DNA of 35,438 nt from Peribolospora baueri. Lineage: Eukaryota. Below are positions 28,966 through 35,438 of this stretch, piece after piece (position 1 is the first letter of the stretch; each line of letters begins with the position of its first letter). A program made the position numbers and the translations under genes. The stretch lies in contig JAMDHS010000053.1 of the NCBI GenBank assembly GCA_029717555.1, positions 124,001 through 159,438 on the forward strand, written 5' to 3'. The notes under the pieces are model-generated. The model did no database searches, had not been told where the DNA came from, and worked only from the letters and a program-made list of their open reading frames with translations.

Positions 28966-29227
28966 TGGATTTCGCTTTGATTAAGGAAGCTGCTCAAAAG
29001 AAAAAGGTGGACGCTTGCACAGCATTCTTCGAGGAAAAGACCTTGCAAAATTCCTCCGTGAAGAAACGTCCTAAATTCACACAACCTGAGCGAGCCCGAA
29101 ATCAGCGAGTTACGGGCCGCCCAGCAAGACGTGCCCAGAGGCTTCAGTCCCAGCATGTCCAGACCACCCGCCAGGAGCCTCGGCGACCCCATGGGCCTTC
29201 CCCCCGAGTTCGATGGCAAGGACCGTC

Positions 29228-29398
29228 GAGACCGAGCTACGCATTAGTTCCCATCGAGAGACCCTCCTGTTTGATGTCACCCGTCTGGCCCGTTATCCCA
29301 TCGTTTTGGGGATCCCCTGGTTGCGTCGCTATAACCCTTTCATCGACTGGCGGCGCGACAAGCTCTAGTTCACCTCCAGTCATTGCGTCCAATCCTGC
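29228..29398 (+). mobile_element. Ty3/gypsy aspartic protease C-terminal fragment (with in-frame stop)
   Basis: ETELRISSHRETLLFDVTRLARYPIVLGIPWLRRYNPFIDWRRDKL*FTSSHCVQSC matches the LG.PWL...NP.IDW signature; TAG at 29366-29368. Confidence 0.8.
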
Positions 29399-29573
29399 GT
29401 CGAAAATCCTCCAGCCGTTTCAGCCGTGCCTCTAGTTCTAGCAGCTCCCCAATCTACCGAATGTCCCAGCACCGAGGTCGTCCAGGTCACCATCCCGCCC
29501 AGCCCCGTTCCGTCCAGTTCAGCCCGGCCCAGCCCTGTCCAGTCCAACCCAGTTCCGCCGAGTCCAGTTCCCA

Positions 29574-29677
29574 GCCAAATCCTGCCGCACTTTCCTCTCC
29601 CAAGTCAACCTCTTTATGGCCGCCAACCCCGAGCTCTGCAACAACGACCATGCCAAAGTGATGTACACCATTTCAAG
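29574..29677 (+). mobile_element. Ty3/gypsy gag fragment, left copy
   Basis: AKSCRTFLSQVNLFMAANPELCNNDHAKVMYTIS fits the retrotransposon gag pattern F..Q..L....P.....D..KV....S. Confidence 0.75.
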
Positions 29678-29696
29678 AAGATGGGGCTCGACCCAT

Positions 29697-29841
29697 GAAG
29701 ATGGGGCTCGACCCATTGGTAGGCTCGAGCACGGAGGCTTGAAATGGTGTACATCACTTTGGCATGGTCGTTGTTGCAGAGCTCGGGGTTGGCGGCCATA
29801 AAGAGGTTGACTTGGGAGAGGAAAGTGCGGCAGGATTTGGC
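29697..29841 (-). mobile_element. Ty3/gypsy gag fragment, right (inverted, longer) copy
   Basis: Same peptide continuing ...YTISSLRARAYQWVEPHL, which adds the S.L...A..W..P gag motif. Confidence 0.75.
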
Positions 29842-30330
29842 TGGGAACTGGACTCGGCGGAACTGGGTTGGACTGGACAGGGGATTTTGAACTGGTGACG
29901 ATTGTCGTGCACTTTTGGGAGGGTGCGCTGAAGGATTGTATCAAAAGGCCAAGCAAAGCCAGGCCAGGCCGTCCTGGATGGCTTGACGCATGCGCAAGGG
30001 CAATCACGAAGTGGATTTCCATTGTCAACCGAGAAACGTTATATCCTACCCGTTTTGCTACCGGAGCGGTGCAAACAACCCAGAGGCAAACAGATAGATG
30101 GATGGATGGGAAGAATGGACAAAGGGCGCGAGAAAAATATGGGAAAAGAGCGGGAGGAAGGAGGCGGCGGCGACGCGATAGAGGAGAGCGAAGCGAACGA
30201 AGCGCGACCACACATCCTTCCATATCGTGTTTCTCCCTCTTCCTACCCGCATCGAGCGCACGACGCCCTCGTATCGAGCCAAGAAGACCACCGGCAACCC
30301 AAGCCGCTCCTCTCTGTCAAAGAATCACGC

Positions 30331-31459
30331 CTAAGAGCGGCCCGCACCGGCGTCGGCTTGCTTCTCCATGTCCGAGGAGACAGTGTCGCGCTTGGCCTGA
30401 TCGTTGATCTGCTTGCGGGCGAGGGCGAGCTGCTTGCGCTTGACTTGGACGTTGAAGTAGGTGCCTTTGGGAGCGGTGGTTTACCAGGGCCGGTGAGTGA
30501 GGAAGGAGGGAGGAGGACATCAGGCCACAGTCCGTACTCACCCAACACAAAGCGGACCAGGCTGGGTTTGACGACAGAGAGATCGCGTATGTGTGTGAGG
30601 GTGAGTTAGAGGGGAGGACGGGAGAGGCACACGCGTGCGTTCATGTCAGCCACTGGGAGCGCGGGGCGCCGCACCGACCGGACCCGACCCGCTCGAGCCG
30701 GCGCGCGACTCACTTGAAGAACACCTCCCAAGTTTGCGGGGGCAAGAACTTTTGAGCAAAGGCGATGGAGATCGGGCTGGTAATCCAGGAGATGCGCATG
30801 ACGGACCAGAAGCCGGCCTTGAGCGTCTTGGAAGCTTGGTCGAGCGTGCGGGCTCCGTTAATGTAAGCCATGGAGAGGAGGTAGACTGGGCCGCGAGGTG
30901 CGAGGAAATATCAGCCGTACGGTGTGAGCCGAAGAAGCCGACGAGGCTGACGAGCGCGCACGCACCCGAGTTCTGAATCGGCGCAATGAACAGGTTGGCT
31001 GCAATGATCATCAGCACGCGGTCTCGAGCCGTCGTCTTGCCGGCAAACGCCTTCTGAAGGAGGTCTGGCGCGTGGGGGAGAAGGGGACGTCGATCAGCGA
31101 ACGTGCCAGCGGGTCTCGGTCTCGTCGACATCGCACGACTCACTCGTGAGGTAGTGGCCGAGAGGGGCGCTGATCAGGCCGCCGTACACGGCCATCTTCG
31201 CTGCGCGTTCAGAGATGCCAGCCGCCTCGAGGTAGAGCAGCACCGTCTCGACATGGCTCTTCTTGGGCTTCTTCCGAACGGAGGCGAAGGAAGGGGTGAC
31301 GCCGGCGATGCGAGAGCCGAGCACCTCCTGGTTGAAGGAGAGGAAGCCGGAGGTGACACACTTGGTCAAGAGGGGGTTCGATGCGAGGTATGAGAGGTAG
31401 GCAAGCAGCAGCGGGTTCGTCGCGAGGGACGAGGTGGAGGCGGGCTTGGAGAGCGACAT
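30331..31459 (-). CDS. Mpv17/PMP22-family (peroxisomal) membrane protein
   Basis: YLSYLASNPLLTKCVTSGFL, KMAVYGGLISAPLGHYL, NLFIAPIQNS-VYL, SWITSPISIAFAQKFLPPQTWEVFFN-LVRFVLG-TYFN. Five exons including a 20-nt exon at 30542-30561; stop TAG 30333-30331. Confidence 0.9.
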
Positions 31460-31532
31460 GGTGGCGAGAGCGTGAGTGAGTTTCGTCGGTCGTCGGCTGG
31501 CGGCCTTTGGAGATGGCGGTGAAGCGTGTACT

Positions 31533-31575
31533 TTGTCGTTGTTGTTGTTGTCGTCGTCGTTGTCGTTGCCGTCGT
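31533..31575. repeat. (GTT)n(GTC)n trinucleotide repeat in the PMP22/VPS5 divergent intergenic region
   Basis: ttgtcgttgttgttgttgtcgtcgtcgttgtcgttgccgtcgt. Confidence 0.7.
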
Positions 31576-31880
31576 CTCGTTGGCCTCCGCCGACCGCCTT
31601 GGCGCTGCTTTTGCCTCCTCTCGTCTCATTTCATCTCATTCCCCCTTCCTCGCTCCTCCTCCCGGCCCACTCCCCAGCCGGGGCCGGCTCCGGCAACGCA
31701 CCCGTCGAAGTGCGGGGAAACACATGAGGCGCCCGATCTCATCGTGCACGTGACATTCACGTGGCCTGCCGCCTGTTGTAGCCTGCGTCCGGCTTCCCGA
31801 CGTCGCCGTCGTCATCGTCGTCGGTCACATTCACCGTTCGCCCATCTCTCCACGAGAACAAGGTAGACAAGGCCTCCGAG

Positions 31881-34686
31881 ATGAGCTCGCCCTCCTCGTC
31901 GTCGCCCGCCAGCTCGTTCCCCGACAGTCGCCCTTCCGCATTTCAACCGCACATAGCCCCTTACCAGGACGACGAGCCGAACCCGTTCGCCGATGCCGTC
32001 TCCTCAGGCCGACCCATCTATACCTCTGATACCCCTCTCGCACCTGAGAACGAAGATGTAGGGAAGGCTGAGAACGCCGCTTCCCCCGACGCTCAGGGGG
32101 CTGAGCCGAAGACGAGGCCGGGTTCGGCCACGCCAGGCGCAGACAGAGTCGTCGTCAGCCCGCTCGACACGCCCTCCGGCCAGAGCACCCCGCAGCCCGG
32201 CGTCATGAGCATCACCTCGGGCATAGTAGGTCTTTCTGTTGATGGTCCTTCAAGGAACGGCTCGTCCGCTGTTTTGCCTACATCGCCGCCAACCGCACCG
32301 CCCGTCCTCGCCCCGGCGACGTCCCTGGCCCGTGGAGAGGGGGAGACGGGCACTGGCGGCGGAAACCCTTCGCAGAGTCTGAGGGGGGACGAGAGGCGGG
32401 AGGAGGAGGAGCGGAATAAACGGGCGGGAGAGGTGAGTTGCTACGTAGTCTCCTCGCATCACGCACCCCCCTCTGAACCGTCTTGCTCGCTATGCATCAG
32501 GCGCCTTCGAACTTGTCCTCTCCTCCCTCCTCTCGCCCTCCGCCATTCTTCGACGCCTCTCTCTCTTCCTCTGCTCCATTGTCCGAGCCCCTCGCGACAT
32601 CCAGTCCATTTACCTCTGCCCCGCTTGGCTCGGCTCCAATGTCTCCCGGCCAACAAGCCCCTTTCTCGCGCGAGCCATTTGCCACTTCTAGCGATTCCGG
32701 TCACGTCGACGGACCGTATCAACAGCAGCAACGTCAAGCAGAGCTTGACGAGGACCTCAGTAGACCCAAATTCGAGATCAAGGTGGCGAACCCGCAGAAG
32801 GTCGGGGACGCGCTGAGCGCGCATACCGTTTATACCGTGGCTACCAAGGTTTGTTTTATTCCCACTACGCTCCCCATTGGTCCAGACAGGCCGTGGCTTA
32901 CTGGGGTCATCCCCTCCCGTCTTGCGGCAGACCAACGCGGCCAACTATCGCTCGCGCGAGTTCTCTGTCCTGCGAAGGTACAACGATTTTCTTTGGCTTT
33001 ATAACCAGGTCATTCACAACAACCCTGGCGTCGTCGTCCCTCCCGTGCCGGAGAAGGTGGCCGTCGGTGAGTCGGACGGGAGGAGGGACGGAGGAGATGA
33101 GTGCGAGACCTGATGATTGCCATTTCCCGTCTTTTCTGCATCATTTCTAGGCCGCTTCTCATCCGCTTTGATTGAACAGCGCAGAAGGGCTTTGCAGTCG
33201 TGCGTGCAGAAGATGGCGAACCACCCTCTACTCTACGCTGACGAGGACCTGAAACTGTTCTTGGAGAGCGATAATTTTGCCAACGTGGTATGTCCTTCCT
33301 CTCGCCTTGACACGTTCCTAGTCCGCTGTTTCCCGCTCTCTTCCTTTGCTGATATCCGTACCACCTGACCGACGCAGTTGAAGCAGCGGAGGCTCGACCC
33401 GGCGACGCCCACGACCCCGGCCAGTGCCGTGGAGAGCAAGGGTTTCATGGGCATGGGTTCGTGGGGCAACAGTTTCACCGCACCCAAGTTCCACGAGAGT
33501 GATGAGGTCAGTCCCGATCGCATTTGCGATGCGTATCGCATCCGACTGACACCTGTCTCGCCGCCTTCTGCTTGCAAAGTGGTTCGAGCGAGAAAAGGCA
33601 TATCTCGACGGTCTGGAGGCGGCACTGAAGCAGTTGACAAAGGCGATCGACCATCTGTCGAGGCAACGCAAAGGTGCGCTCGTCTACCGTGCCATGTCCT
33701 TTCTCCCAGGCGTCTCATCTCTCCCCGTTCGTCACCTGCGGGCAGAACTGGCTGCGGCGACGATGGCGTTCTCCGAGGTGCTCCTCGCCCTCAGCACCTC
33801 GTCGCTCTCCCGGAACCTTAGCCACGCCCTGGCCACGCTCGGAAATCTGCAGAGGAAGGTGAAGGAGCTGTATGAGGTGCAGGCCAAGGCGGACGTCGCA
33901 GGCTTGGGGAACACGACAGAGGAGTACGCGAGGATCGTGGGCAGTGTGAGGGTGAGTGACTCGATATCTACGTTTCGTCCGTCACCCGCTCAAATTTTTT
34001 TTTGGTTTTTTAGATCGCCTTTGCTTCGCGCGTCCGTACGTGGACGACATGGCAAACGGCCGAGAACGATCTGCGGAGACTCAAGGCAAACCACGAAAAG
34101 GCGAAGCGGCAGGGCCGTATGCACCCCGATCGGCTCGCCATCACGCTGCAGGAGCTCGCCGAGGTACGCACACCGTCGCGTCGCCTCGCGTCTCGTCGCG
34201 TGAGGGCCGCCCCGCTGATCCGTTCCTGTTTCCGCCCCATCGGACAGTCGGAGCGTCGATGTCTCGACCTCAAGCGCGACTTTGACGACGTCTCCAAGCT
34301 CGTCAAGGCCGAGGTGGCCAGGTTTGACAAGGAGCGAGTGGAGGACTTTAAAGAGGCCGTGGAGGAGTTTCTCGAAGGAGCGATCGATCGGCAGACCGAG
34401 GTGCGTCGCACCTGTCCGTCCCACCGCCGCGTTTCACACTCGCCGCTGACCGCCCCCCTCCAATCGCCCATCCGCCCCGCAGGTCATCCAAGAGTGGGAA
34501 AAGTACATGGACGTCCTCCAGCGCCAGATGGGCGCCAACCCCAACGCCGCCCCGCCGCCGCCCCAGCACCAGCACCAGCACCAGCACCAGCACCAGCACC
34601 AGCACCAGCACCAGCACCAGCCACAGCCGCCGCAATCCCCGTCCGCCGTCACCGCTGCCAGCGCTGCTGGCGCTCTTGGTAGTTGA
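31881..34686 (+). CDS. VPS5: Retromer PX-BAR sorting nexin Vps5 (SNX1/2-like)
   Basis: PX domain FEIKVANPQKVGD..AHTVYTV, VLRRYNDFLWLY..NNPGVVVPPVPEK..GRF..IEQRRRAL..HPLL..D..LFLES; BAR region FHESDEWF..KAYLDGLE, EEYARIVGSVR, EVARFDKERVEDFK. Nine GT-AG introns; stop TGA 34684-34686. Confidence 0.93.
34564..34620 (+). repeat. Perfect coding hexamer repeat (CAGCAC)9CAG encoding poly-QH in the Vps5 tail
   Basis: Counted directly; lies in the last VPS5 exon, in frame PPPPQHQHQH...QPQPP. Confidence 0.9.
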
Positions 34687-35438
34687 TCCCTTGTATCCAG
34701 CGCATCCGGCTTTGCTTTTTTAATGTTATAAAAGCCCATCGGAGAGTTTGGCCCGATGAAAGAGGTACTTGGAAGGCGTCGGGGGACTACGCGAGCAAGG
34801 TGGGCTCGACCGCCCACAGCGACGTTTTACAGACGCCGCCCTCCCGCGACGCGTCGAAGTTCGCCCGCCCCGCCAATATCATATCACATCATACACCTCG
34901 CCCTCATCGCGCTGACACTCACAAACTCCTACGTCGGTGCTGAGTTGAGCCGTCGCGACCCATGATGGCTCCGTTCAACGTATTCAAGAGGGTGGGTTGT
35001 CGGAGCCATCGTCATGCATCCCGACGTTCGTCGTCGCGATCCCGACCGAGCCTTGAAGCCAGTGTCCAGGACGATCTTGGCCGTCGCCGTCGAAATCCGA
35101 GCCTTGGGCCCTGGCCGTTGCTTCGTTGTCTGTCCGCTGTGGCACGCATCCCCGTCTCCCAGACTGTGACGACGACAAACAGCGATAGCGCTCCGCCCAC
35201 TCCCGTCATAAATCAAACCGTGAGATATGTGAAGCGGATACGGTTCCGTATGATCAAGATGGAATTTAGAGAGAACATGAGGTCGGTCTCCAGCCGGGCC
35301 TTGGAGTGCTTCACAGAAACGGCGGTGGCTCGGCGGAGGCTTGCGCTGCCGCCCATCGCGCCGACGACGTGGGACGGGCCCTTCGTGTGGGACGACGGTG
35401 AGCGTGCGCCCATGTACGACGGTCGAGAACTGTGTGCG

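Larger units (their letters stand above)
29533..29882. repeat. Perfect inverted repeat: 145-bp arms (29533-29677 / 29738-29882) with a 60-bp spacer
   Basis: Base-by-base comparison: the right arm is the exact reverse complement of the left arm. Confidence 0.97.

Noticed and set aside
29677..29716. Direct repeats resembling a minimal CRISPR array
   Set aside because: Only two adjacent copies with no spacer, eukaryotic context, and the sequence is gag-derived
29533..29882. MITE or foldback DNA transposon interpretation of the inverted repeat
   Set aside because: Arms are internal gag coding sequence and I see no flanking target-site duplication
35213..35438. Minus-strand open frame running off the window end
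   Set aside because: Could be the last exon of a neighbouring gene, but no recognisable motif supports a call

Overview
GC-rich, intron-dense eukaryotic DNA, most likely from a basidiomycete fungus (GTGAGT/GTGCGT donors, short introns). Splicing the exons by eye gives nine complete housekeeping genes: an MFS transporter (+), U2AF65 (-), a secreted GH31 alpha-glucosidase (+), a HAD/HDHD1-like phosphatase (-), PRP4 (-), PMT4 (+), a LIM-RhoGAP of the Lrg1 type (+), an atypical eIF4E paralogue (-), and a PMP22/Mpv17 protein (-). A tenth gene is the VPS5 sorting nexin (+). Most ORFs in the supplied track are shadow frames or partial exons. The one accessory region (~28.5-29.9 kb) is a patchwork of short transposon fragments: a Mutator-like piece, Ty3/gypsy gag and Ty3/gypsy protease. 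It ends in a perfect 145-bp inverted duplication of gag sequence, a candidate hairpin-RNA ('killer'-type) transposon-silencing locus just downstream of a co-oriented host gene. Other notable signals are a probable GA-AG intron in the HAD gene, an oversized polypyrimidine-rich intron in U2AF65 itself, a GC-AG intron in PRP4, a W73-to-C substitution in the eIF4E, and a dibasic-flanked insertion in the GH31 enzyme. All family calls come from motif recognition; no database search was run.
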